From NCBI GenBank assembly GCA_951406725.2, contig OX597823.1:36332001-36396000 (forward strand): a stretch of 64,000 bases of DNA, in the 5' to 3' direction. Source of the stretch: Octopus vulgaris (taxonomy: Eukaryota). This document shows, one piece after another, positions 26,013 to 38,329 of this stretch. The notes beneath the pieces were generated by a model. The model did no database searches. It was not told where the DNA came from and was given only the letters and a program-made list of their open reading frames with translations. How positions within the stretch are numbered: the stretch's first letter is position 1; each line of letters starts with the position of its first letter. A program made the position numbers and the translations under genes.

Positions 26013-27699
26013 TGAATACACACATAATTTTAGCAAATCATATAAACATATAAATAACCAAATTAGCATTGATCAAATAGAAATCATCTGTTCAATATGT
26101 GTTAACACTTATTAAAAAGTTTCATAAAAGTATGAAAATAACCATAAATAAAAGCACCATCCCCTGATTCCAAACAGTTTAGCCACACCTACACTCTATA
26201 AACAAGCAGCCACTCCTTACTAGATGGCTAATAATTACCAGAAAACAGCTACTTATATCAAATATATAATATAAAAACTATAGCTATTAGCACTTGAGCA
26301 ATCACTCAACCAGCTAATAATAGTCAATTCTCCCTCATTTCACAAAAAAAAACCAAAGGGCAGGATGGTCGAAGTTGGAATACTTATGATCACAGGCCTA
26401 CTCAATAAGGGATAGGGTGCAGCAGAAAAATGTCACATATTTTAAACAGCTTATGGAACTGGAGAAGCTAGACAGATGGTATGGGGGGGGTCTTCATGTA
26501 GATAATATTTTGAACATTTTTCTTTCTGGTTACCATCAAGGTTTTGACTGATGTTGAAAGGTTTCTAAAATTAGGGAAGTTTTTTTTGTTGTACCTTTTA
26601 AAATTAGATACAAATTCTGCTTTCATTTCTCATTAGTGGCTCCACTTGTTTATTTTCATCTTGAAGACAACTACAGACATGACAAAAACTGTTACCATTT
26701 CCAATTAAACATGTTCGGGATTATGAAATGTACACCATTAAAATCAATTAAAGAACTTTCTATTTTGTTAGGTCCAAACAAGTATCAATGAAAGACTATA
26801 ACACAAAAGGTGGGTTTACTGCCTAAGTTAATTGTGAGATTCATATACCTCACTGGGTCATCATGACAATACACTAAGACTCAGAAACAATTATAAATAT
26901 CTAAAGGGCAGTGACTAGATTTTACTACAGTTATAACAAGCTTTAATTTCTGAAATACTAATTCTAAAGATAGCTGATACTTAGCAAGGAGTGAACTCCA
27001 ATTTGTTACAGCAAAAATACAATTTAAAAACATAAAGAGACCACTTTATAGTTTGACAAAGGTTACTAATATTCTTTGGATTACTGTAATCCTGATTAAT
27101 GATTCAAAAAGACCATACAAAAGTAGCCAACACCTGAGCTATTGAAGGTGCCTTTTTGTGGTCATTCAACCTGCTAGATATAATAGCCAAATGTCACCTA
27201 AATCACATACTTATCTGAACGAAGGACAGATGGAATACTGTCTTGGGTACACTATGCCTAGAAAAGAAAAAGCAAGATGATTAAAGCTAGAACATGTTTG
27301 AGTGTAGGCCTGCCTGGACTAAGAAATGATACTTTTCATAGGAATGGGTTTCATATTTTGATAAGACTATGGAAGTTAGGATAATGAAAGTTAGTTAAAT
27401 TCTTAGGACACAAACGAAACTGGACACTATGATGGTTTCCCCCAACCCAACAGGGTATGAAAGTAATGAAAAACTAAGTTGATTTCGTTAACATCTGAAC
27501 TGAAAATCATTCAACGTCCATTTTCCTTGCTAGCATGAGTTTTGATTAGAGCTGGTAAGGCCAGGGACCACACCAGACTATTGTCTGTTTTAGCATGATT
27601 TCTACACTGGATGCCCTTCTTAACATCAACCACTCTGTAGAGTATACTGAGTGCTCTTAACACGGCACCAGCACCAGTGCTTTTTATGTAGCACCAGCA

Positions 27700-29745
27700 T
27701 CAATTCTGCTGTGGTGGACGAGTCTCGAGTACAGCAATGCCCCAGATATCTCGGCCCATAGTCATTTTCGTATGGTTCAGTGTCTTGAGATCGGCCTTGA
27801 CGGAGATTTTCTAATCCAGTACTTGGTTGTTAACAGCGACTCCAGTCACCCTGAATTATTTTTTAACTTAACGCACAGGGCTGCGGAATTACCAGTAATC
27901 ATACTGAATTAACACAGTATATTACTGATAGCTATTTGCTTTGAATCGTGAACGAAAAGGATCGAGAGATTTTATTCCACTATATTTGTCAACTTCATAC
28001 TTTAACAACAACAATAATAAATCCACTTTTTTCTCGTCCACCTTATTTTCTTTGCTTTACTAGTAAAAAGGAAAACCAAAAACTTGATAGAAATAGATCA
28101 ATACTTCACATTGATCGTATGAGTAAGCGAGTGTAGTAAGAGTTTGATGGCTTCCATATTGACTTGTTCCGAGAAAGATTTACAATTTTACATTCACATT
28201 AAAAAAAATAATAAAAAACCGAGAAGCCGTTGGATTTCCACTTGCCTGGTCTCGGAGAGGTACCCGCAATGGCAACCAGGGTTAAGTGGCTTTACTACAA
28301 ACTATCAAAAATATCGATCGGTTTTCGTCTGTCGGTTTAGCACTATACAATATATACATGCACACACACAAACATACATGCAATATGTGTGTGAGTATGC
28401 ATAGTTTGTCAGTTTAACGCCACACACAGTTAATGATATGTACAATGATTCCACTTGAGAGGTTACAGTTGATATCAAACTCAGTGTATTACTGGTATTT
28501 TAAAGAAGGCAAAGCTGAAGTAGGGGCGATTTACATTTAGAAAAGCAATGAAAGCAGACAGCGAAACCATTATTATTATCTGGTTCATTCAAAACAATTG
28601 TGATTAACTGAAAACAAAATGAGAAAATGTCCCATAAACATGTAAAATTGTTGCTTGTTCAAAAGATTGCATTCAATTGAGAATTTTAATGAAATAAAAC
28701 TTATGAATCTAACAAACACCACTTACTGAAAGTAAATAAAAACAAAAGGAATGGAAAGAGGAAGAAAGACAGGGAGTGGGAACCCTTGTGTTTGTGGTAA
28801 AACGCTTCCGTATATAGAAAAGGTTTTATAGAGAAAAATATTTGGAATTCAACAGCGACCATAACAGTCTGTCTTTATATATATATATATATATAGATAA
28901 ATATAATCTCACACACACGTTATTGGTGTTTAAAAAAACAGTAACTACATGTACATACAGTAAAACTATATACAAATATGTATTTAGTGAAATGTTAAAA
29001 TGCATACTTAAACTGTTAATATTTAACGATTTCGCTCACGTCATTAGAAAAGGCATGAACATTACAACTACACTAAACCGTGTCCTTAAATAAAAAAAAA
29101 AAAAAAAAAAGCAAGTGGCGGAGTGAAAGGAAGTCGGTATCTAGTGAAATAATAAATGAGGATTAGAGATAATTTAAGATTATCTGAAAACTTGACAATG
29201 TCTGAATCAACAGTGTAGAAATGGCATTGATTTTTCTAATGGATGTCTATCATCTCAGTGCTGTTTGATTTATTTATTCATTACGCTACACAATATATCA
29301 TCAACAGTAGTTATTGGGAGAAAACAAGATTAAATATATTTATCTACGTTGGTGTTTTAACCACAAGTAGAGAGGATGAGTGGTGATTGAACGAGGGTAC
29401 CTGTATCTTGTTAAATACACACACACACACAAACAGGAAATAAATATAAAATGAAAATGCTCGATTCCTCCCTACAACTAATAGTTTCAGTAGGAAGGAA
29501 GGAAATCAATTCCGCTGTATATTCCAAAATATTTGTGATTAAAAAAAAACAAACAAACAAAAAAAAAACCAAAACGTTGAATGGAGTCCGACACTTCGAT
29601 GGAGTTTTTAACTCGGGCACGATGACATATTGTATTAATATTTTCAAGGTGAAGCAAGAAATAGGCAACCAACGTTAATAATTATCAGAGACGAGGAGAA
29701 AACGAGAGAAAATATTTTTTAGGGAAGCATATTATACACACACAA

Positions 29746-29794
<49 letters not shown>

Positions 29795-31500
29795 AACACA
29801 CGTATATACGCCACTTCATAGACTAATAATGGATAGGTAAGGATAAAAGGGTACTAAGATGTGTAAAAAAAGAAGGGTGGAAGGTATTTATTTAGGATTT
29901 ACCATTGAATAAAAACTTGTTGGTGACCTTCGAATAAAAATCAAAGAATTTTGTCGAAAGAAAAGGAGAAGTGAATGTAATAAGAGTTTGTAAAATAATT
30001 CGGCCATAGAATAAAGCAACAACCAAATGACTTAACGATTCTTTCGACCGGCAACACAAGATAATAAGTTATATATACATACATATATATAGATATATAT
30101 ATATATCCGGTGGGGGGGGGGTCTCTCTCTCTCCCCATATTTAACCCCACTAGAAGACTTTTAACACCACTGACAACATATTATTGGCAGTAAAAATAAA
30201 TCAGTGTGAAACATTATTTACCATATCAGCCGTGTCTCCTCAAATAAAAGAGCTGTGTCTCTCTGTCCCCCGCGGTCCAAAATATATAGATATACGTCAG
30301 TGAATGCGGCAGATTTATCGTGGCAAACCCTTCAAGGCCAGCACTGTCATCTTGCACCTCTTATGCGGAAATACTTATTACGCAGGTCAAAAACAACACG
30401 GAAGTAGCTGACTGGACGCAAAGGCGACTTTCACTGGCTTTCTTCTACGGAAATCTTTACTTGATAAAACATTGTAGGCAAAGGAGTTATGGAATATTTT
30501 GTCTTTGATCATTAATTATACATTTCAATTACGTAGTGATATTTATAAGTGATATATACCATATTCAATATTACATATTTAAATAATAAGTATATTTATA
30601 GTGAATGTTTACTTTTTATATCGCTTATGTTGAACCATATTTTTATTTTCGTCTTCCCTCGCCACCGCAATTCAGTCAGTAATTCATTCACGAAGGTTTC
30701 GATTCTCTTGATATTATTTCATTTACATTTATTATATTTACATCATACTCTGCTTTACGCTGTTGCTCGAAGAAAACTGCATAAAGAAACAAAATCGTCA
30801 TTTTTCTTCAATTTTTCTCACTAAATTAATAATTATATTTTTTCGATGTTAAAAACATTTTTTCCTCAAAATTATTCAAATAAGATATTGAATTTTTTGG
30901 ACTATGATTAAGAGAATATCAATTTATAATGTTACTACGTGTGAGCTCAGTAATAAAGTAGACTTACAACTAAAGGCGTTCCAGCTTTGAAAATCCGGCT
31001 TTGTTTTTCGGATTTTGTATATCTAGAGCTACATTATCCAATGCGACCTTCGTTATTTTAAGGCTACGGCTAAGAGAAAATTGGCTGCTATTTCTAGTAG
31101 ATCGACCGTAGTTCTGTTATTTATGTTTATACTAGATGGCTTCTATATTAGTGAAAAAGGACAAAAGTAAACAAAAAAATAGCTAAATTGGAAATGAAGT
31201 CAGTAAATAAATAAAAGAAAATAAAGACGAATGTACACTCGCTCATAGACTGTAGCAAAGGTAATGGAGGACCCCACCCCTTCAAAATAAAAAAAAAGGT
31301 ATTACCTCGATAATACCGGGTTTGGGAGGTTGTTATGGGAAACAAATTTGACAACAAAATTATACAAGTCAGGATTTTAAATTTTATTTTTAATGAATTT
31401 TTAAGACAAGTGAGAAATTTGGGCAAAACAAATTTATCTATGTATGAATGTAGGAGAGTACACCTTGTCACTAAATACCGTTGAAACAGTTACAACGAAA
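27700..31500. promoter_or_regulatory. CpG-retaining, repeat-poor promoter-like region
   Basis: CG dinucleotides are visibly frequent compared with the CpG-depleted flanks; ETS-like CGGAAGT (30399-30405) and CGGAAAT, CRE-like ACGTCA (30294, 29038). Confidence 0.6.
30222..30420 (-). other. Candidate first exon ending in ATG (5' limit approximate)
   Basis: Minus strand GGAGACACGGCTGATATG|GTAAAT donor at 30221, in the CpG-rich core next to ETS motifs. Confidence 0.4.
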
Positions 31501-32704
31501 TAGCAAAAAACAACTTTATTCATTATCAGTGAGTCAAGGGAAAATATAGAAACCAAAATATAGAAGAGACTGCCAAAGGAGACAAATATTGGAATATTTG
31601 ATAATTAAATATATTCAGAGTTTTTTCATACGCCATATCACCACTTTTTTTTTTGTGTTCTTTAGCTCCCAGTAACTTGAACATATTTCCTTAAACTTGG
31701 CTTCGAAGTGTTTGGTACAATTTGCAGGTTATTACTTGACAGGGATTGCAATGTGACTACTTCAACATTGATTCCCAAGGTCAACTCCAAATGGGGAGCC
31801 ACAGTACACACATGTTAATTACTACTCTGGCTTGGGCTATTTTTCTGTAGAGTATTGATGTTCTGTCTTGGAGAGATTAGACCATGCTAAGAAAATTGAT
31901 CCAGCATTGAACAATACCTAACACCTGATCACTGGTTGCATGTAACACATCAACATGTCCTCACTAGCATCGCCCTTACTGTTATGAAATGGAAAGTGGC
32001 CTCTTGAGTCAAAATGACAAGGGCTACTAGTAATGTATGCCACCTACTCCATAGATGCCAACCCCAGGCCCAACAACTGAAGTCAAGAAGCTTCCTCAGC
32101 TTGTGGTAAACATGGCTCAAATGAGTGGGCTTACTCCTAGCATGCACTTGTAGGCAGAGGAATACAGCTGAGAGGTGGTACCTAGCCTTAGAATGTAATC
32201 ATGGATTTGTGGTGTGCATTGATATAGTAATGTCCTCCTCTTGGAAAATTTCTATATTTTCTAGAAAGTGTATTTTTTAGGAAGAAAGATAGTGTCCATG
32301 GCCTGTTATAGGGCTCTGAGATGAGTGATGAAGTACCCCAAATGGAAACTGTTGTAGTGAAAATGGTACACCCTTTCTCCCATAACAAAGTAGTATGATA
32401 CAGCCACTATAAAGTCAGTCAGTCATTGTAGGAGGTCAGTAGTAGTAGAGTTGTTGTATGAGTTCTCAGTTGGAGTCAGTGTTAATTACGTGATATATAT
32501 GAGTTTGAGTTACCGTGTAGACATTTCAAAGTCATTGTCTTGTGGAGCTATCAGCGATAGTATAATTGACAAGTCAAAGATAATAAGATGTGGTATACCA
32601 TATTCCTGGCAACAAGAATATTATGGTACAACATATTAGTGGCGACAAGAATATTACAGTATGGACAACAACATACAAGTGGACGAGGATCCACATTATC
32701 ACCG

Positions 32705-32717
32705 TGGCGATGAGGAT
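32705..32717 (+). promoter_or_regulatory. Primer-binding site, tRNA-Ser(GCT)-type
   Basis: TGGCGATGAGGAT is one CpG-type change from TGGCGACGAGGAT, the complement of the tRNA-Ser(GCT) 3' end ATCCTCGTCGCCA. Confidence 0.75.
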
Positions 32718-32851
32718 ATAAACAATTCACACGAAAAGAAACAATTCACGTGATTGATGTTGAAAAATTTTTCATGTGGAGAAATTAAAAAACTCAACAG
32801 AGGAGTAACAAACATTTTTGTTGTATATATTTTACAAAGAATCCATAAAAT

Positions 32852-35800
32852 TATGGAAAACTTGTAAGAGGGTTTAGCTGAGTTGCAAAAACAGCAACAA
32901 CAACAAGAACAACAATACATGTTACAGCAACAAATACTACAACTACTGAAGTTGATAACAAAATTGGAAATTAAGTTTTCGCCAGACAATGTAGAAAATT
33001 CAATAAATGAACTGAAATATGACCTGGAAGAAGGAACCACTTTCGAGACGTATTACTGAAGATTTGAACAAATTTTCTAAAAAGAATGCCAAGACTGGAT
33101 AGATGAAATGAAAATGTCTAATGCTGAGGAAACTGGTGACGATAGAGCATGAGAAATACTTATAATACCTAAAAAAGTTTCTGACATAAATTTCACAAAC
33201 ACAGCTGACATTTTATGTAGGATGTTTAGTGAAAAAACATCGTTGTTGAACACACATTGGAAATGTTTGAACACTGAGAAAAGCAATGATGAAGGTTTTT
33301 CCACATGTGGATAGAGTGAACAGAGAGTGTGAGAGATTTAAACTGGATAAACTAAATCCAGATTCGTTCAAGTGCCTGATTTTTGTTCAGAAACTTACTG
33401 CTAAAAAGGACACAGAAGTCAAAATGAAAGTTCTAGAAAAACTGGAAATGAACCAGGATATAACTCTCCAGAAACTGTCAGAAGAGTGCAATATGATATT
33501 AAAGTAAGGCATGACTGGGCAGCTCTGACGGTTTATGTAAAGAAAAAATAATACACTAACAGTGTGCGCTGACTTTTTAACTGGATTAAATGACTATTTA
33601 CTCGAACACAACTATCCATTGCCAAGCCCAGAAGAAGTGTTCAAAATACTAAATGGAGGGAAAATTTTCTTGAAGTTAGACCTCTCAGAGGCCTGTCTAC
33701 AAATAGAAGTAGAGGAAGACTGCACACACCTTTTAACAATCAACACACACCATGGATTGTATAAATTCAAGTGGTTTCCTTTTGGAGTAAAAGCGGAACC
33801 TGCCATATTCCAACAAGTGATGGACGCAATGTTAAATGATTACGACTTCGCTATTGCTTATCTCAATGATATGTTGATAAAGAGCGAGTCAGTAGAGCAA
33901 CACATCAAACATATTAAAAAAGTGTTCAAAAAAATAAATGAATATGGGTTTAGACTAACAGAGGAAAAATAAATTTTTGATGAGAAAAATCAAATATTTG
34001 GGGCAAGTAATTGATGAAAGTAGACGATGGCCAGACCCATCAAGGGCAACAGCAATATGGAATATGCCTCTCCTAACGAACATCAAATTGTTGCAAGCAT
34101 TTTTTAAGCTTGGTAAACTACTATCAAGTATATATCCCAAAGATACGCAACACAAGGGCTCCACTAAATGTACTGTTAAAAAAGGATGCCAAATGGTTTT
34201 GGTCAGAAAAATGCCAGAAGGCATTTGAGGAGCTAAAAAGCATGTTAACTTCAGACTTGTTGCTTTCATACTTCAATCCGAAGTTGGAAGCGATACTGGC
34301 AACAGATGCTAGTGAGTACAAGGTAGGTGCCATACTCCTACACAAATGTGAAGATGGCAGCCAAAAGGCCATAGCTCAAGTGTCAAGAACGCTATTGCCA
34401 GTGGGAAAAAAATTATAGTGAAACTGAAAAAGAGACATTGGCAATTATATCTGGCAAAAAAAGTTCCACAGGTTGATACATGGTAGATGGTTTAAACTAC
34501 AAACAGACCATCACCCTTTGCTAACAATTTATGGATCCAAGACAGGAATCCCAGTACATACAGCAAACAGGTAGCAGCGATGGGGCATCATACTACTAAA
34601 CTATGACTACGCAATATTTACCTTCAAAAAACTAGGATATGCTGACAGCCTATCCAGGTTAATACCCAGAAATAGCAAACCATACAAGAACACGGTAATA
34701 GCAGCCCTAAGAGCTGAAATGGAAATTAAATACATAATGTGGAACATTGTAAGAGAGTTACCAATAACTCTGGAGGAGATAAAGCAACATGCACCAAAAG
34801 ACAAGTTCATTAAGGAAAAAAATTATCTCTGTGGTCAGCGAAAAAAATAAAATAAAAAAAGATTCAGTAAGAAAAAACTAGGGGTTAACATATATTCAAC
34901 ATGTAATAGTGTACTGATGTATAGCCAAAGTGTAGTGGTACTTGAGATTCTACAAAAAAGGTTGAAAGAATTCCATACTGGACATCCAGGGATCGCAAGG
35001 ATGAAAGCACTTATGTGCAGTTATGTGTATTGGCCAAAGATGGACAAGGAAGTTGAAAATGAGTAAAAGGCTGCAGAAGATGTGCTCTGGCAGTGAAATT
35101 GCCTACTTAAAAATGAGAATCTTGGCCAGAAATAAAAAGTCTATGGACAAGACAACACATTGATTTTGTGGGTCAGTTAAATGGTTATCACTACTTAGTA
35201 ATTGTTGACAGTTTTACAAAATGGCAGGAAATTGTTAAGTGCAAAAGATCAACCTCCACAACAGTAATAAATTTTTTGCACAAATTATTCACAAAATTTG
35301 GCATCCCAGACGTAATTGTATCCGATAATGGAACACAATTTGTGTCCAGTGAATTTTGAAAATTCTGCAAAATGTTCATGGTAGAACATAAAACAATAGC
35401 ACCTTACCATCCCAGAGCGTTTTGTGGACACTTTTAAAAGAGCTTTGAGAAAAGCAAGCAAGGAAGCCACAGAAGAAGTTGCTCTGCAGCAATTTCTAAG
35501 GGTATACAGAGTAACACTGAAACCCAATATACCAGCAGGAAGCTTACCAGCTGAACTGATATTTGTGAGGAAGGGGAAATCAGTTTTTGATAAACTGTTA
35601 CCTGGCGAGGAAAGGAAAAGTACCAGAAAAGACAATCCTAAATTTTGCAAAATTGGTGATAAGGTATTCATGAGGTTGTATAAAAACAGAAAACAGTACT
35701 GGGAAGGAGGCAAAATTATGAAGTACATTGGGGAAATGATGTACAGAATTAAAAGCAGAAAAGGTATTGAAAAAAGACACAGAAACCAATTGCTGAAGTG
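32852..35800 (+). pseudogene. gag-pol pseudogene of the gypsy element
   Basis: gag-like DSFKCLIFV; RT YPLP, KLDLSEAC, PFGV..PAIFQQVMD, AYLND (from YLDD); RNaseH LATDASEYKVGA, TDHHPL; integrase GHPGI, LVIVDSFTKW, IVSDNGTQF; protease region absent; many stops. Confidence 0.92.
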
Positions 35801-36659
35801 ATTCATAGAAAATGAACCAGACAGATTGAAAGAATCTATGGAATGGCTGTATAGGTACCAACACCATTACAGGTGGTTGAACACACGTGCACAAATGGAA
35901 GGAAAAGGAAAAACACAAGAGTTTCTGCAAATAGAGGCCAAAAAGAAAAAAAATTTGTTGGAAAAAAAAACATTAGAATGGGAGGAGGGGTGAATAAGGT
36001 AAAATAAAAATTACTTGCTTCCCAACGAAAAAACTAAAAGGGGAGATGTGAAAATGGCACACCCTTTCCCCTGTGACAAAGTGGTATGACTCAGCCACTA
36101 TGAAGTCAGACAGTCAGTCATAGGAGGTCGGTAATAGTAGGGTCATTGTATGAGTTCTCAGTTGGAGTCTGTGTCAGTTATGTGATATATAAAAGTTTGA
36201 GTTATTGTCAATGTAGATATTTCAAAGTCATTGTCTTGTGGAGCTATCAGTGATAGCATGATTAACAAGTCAAAGATAATAAGACATGGAATAAGACCGT
36301 GGCAACAAGAATATTACAGTATGGACAACAATATACAAGTGGACAAGGATACACATTATAACAGAGACCTGGTCAAGACACTTGCAACAGTGTGGGCTCT
36401 GCTAAAAGAGTTAAAACAGCAATGGATTAAGTCTATGTAGTTCATAGTGGGATTTGATCTCAGAATACAAACAATCAGAATACATACCATCATTTTATCA
36501 ACCCTGAATGGATAGAAAGGCAAAGTTGATCTCAGAGAGCAGAGCGTCAGAAGAAATCCATGAAGTTTTCTGTCTAATATTCTAATAACTTGATTTCAAT
36601 GCAAACCTTATGCATTATATAACCTGTCCTGGCCCAGTAATGGTTTTTGCATTGTGTTG

Positions 36660-37675
36660 CACTTGTTGCGAATACTACTGAGGTTGACTTTGCCTTTCAT
36701 CTTTTCTGGGTTGATAAAAAATTACTAGTCAATTTTTTGTGCCACTGGTATTGAGTAAACACTTTCCTCAAAATTGCTAGCCTTGTGCCTAAATCAGAAA
36801 CAATTACTGTTGTTATTAGGGTAGTAAGCTAGATGGATTGTTAGTGCATAGGACAAAATGCTTAGTGGGGTTTCTTTTGGCTCCATACATTCTACATTCA
36901 AATACTGCCAAAGTTAGCTTTACCTTTCACGCTTTTGATGGTGGTAGTGGGGAGTCAATAAAACATGTACCAGTAAAATACTGGAGTCGATGTAATTGTC
37001 TACTCCTACCCCTAAAATTGCTGGTGGTGTACCAACATTTGAAACAGGATTGTTAGCACATCAGACAAAATGCATAGAGGTATTTTGTCCTTAGATTCTG
37101 AGTTCAAATGCTGCCAAGGTCAATTTTTGGGGGCGATAAAATAAATACCAGTCAAGTACTGGCATTGATGAAATTGAAAAAATTCAGCCTAGTGCTTTTA
37201 ATAGAAAGGATTATTATTATTGTTATTGTTATTTTCTCTTTATCATAGGTTTTGTTGGAGCTCCTGGAGTTTTGCATGTGTAGCGAGCTTACTTACTACC
37301 TGCAGCCTATGGCACCATGCTATCCATTCTTATCAGCTATCTAATACTTTCCTGATTATTCTGGCCATGTCAAGGAGGCAAACCTTTTGTAACAGTTCTA
37401 CTGGGTGCTCTATTCCAATTACCTTTATATTCCTCTTGATGCCTTATTATTATTAAGAAGATGGTGAGCTGGCAGAACTGGTAGTATGCTGGACAAAACG
37501 CTTAGTGGCATTTTGTCCATCTTTATATTCTGAGTTCAAATTCTATCAAGGTTAGCTTTACCTTTCATGATTTCAGGATTAATAAAATAAGTACCACTCA
37601 AGTACTGGAGTTGATGTAACCAACTTCCTCCATCCTCAAAAACTGCTGGCCCTGTGCCAAAATTTGAAACTGTAA
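36660..37675 (+). mobile_element. Cluster of four MetaSINE-domain SINEs
   Basis: Copies at about 36660-36800, 36820-37045, 37050-37210 and 37455-37675, mostly bounded by TTATTA. Confidence 0.78.
37225..37445 (-). mobile_element. Dong/R4 LINE 3' end
   Basis: IGIEHPVELLQKVCLLDMARIIRKVL-stop, short 3'UTR and (TAA)n-like tail. Confidence 0.75.
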
Positions 37676-38329
37676 TTATTACCTCCACCTTAGTGAAGGC
37701 AGAGGTATTGTTTTTAATCGTGTTTGTTTGTTCATGGACAAGATATCTCAAGAACCATTGGATGGATTCAGATGAAACTTTCAGGGATGTTTGGCCTCAT
37801 AACTGAGATGAACTGATTAGATTTTGGGGTCAATCCAGTACTGGACAAGGATTCTAGATTATTTGTTATATTTACTTTACATGATTATGATCTTATGCTG
37901 ACTTTCAATTCTTTCTCAATTATCTCCCTTTAGTCTGTTTCCAAAGTTTTATTTTCGTTTCTCTATTATTAATTTTACTCATGTCTCTATCTTACTAGAA
38001 ACTGATGGATAAAGAAATCAAACTACATCAACAAACAGCAGCAAACCCATTCAGAAATTAAATAACACTAACTTATTTTTATAATGTATATATTATGTAT
38101 TATACATACATAGTAACACTTTACAGTATACTTACATATATAAATACATCTATACATCGATCTAAAACAACAGGAATACTAAACGAAGGCCGGAATTTAA
38201 GAGAAGAGGAAACCAAGAGGTCTCATACTGTTCATTTAAAAATTCCTGAGTAGAACTAATTATTATTACCTCTGTGTTTGAAACTATTTTGAATGTTGAA
38301 TTTGTTAACTTTGGCTTGTATCAGATAAG

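Larger units (their letters stand above)
32350..36363 (+). mobile_element. Ty3/gypsy LTR retrotransposon (Mag-like), internally deleted and degenerate
   Basis: LTRs 32350-32703 and 36047-36363 (TG..CA); TSD GAAAC/GAGAC with one mismatch; PBS at 32705; polypurine tract AAAAGGGGAGA before the 3' LTR; gag-RT-RNaseH-integrase order. Confidence 0.95.

Noticed and set aside
32607-32718. True CRISPR array
   Set aside because: Eukaryotic context, repeats only about 14 nt and matching a retroelement PBS, no cas genes.
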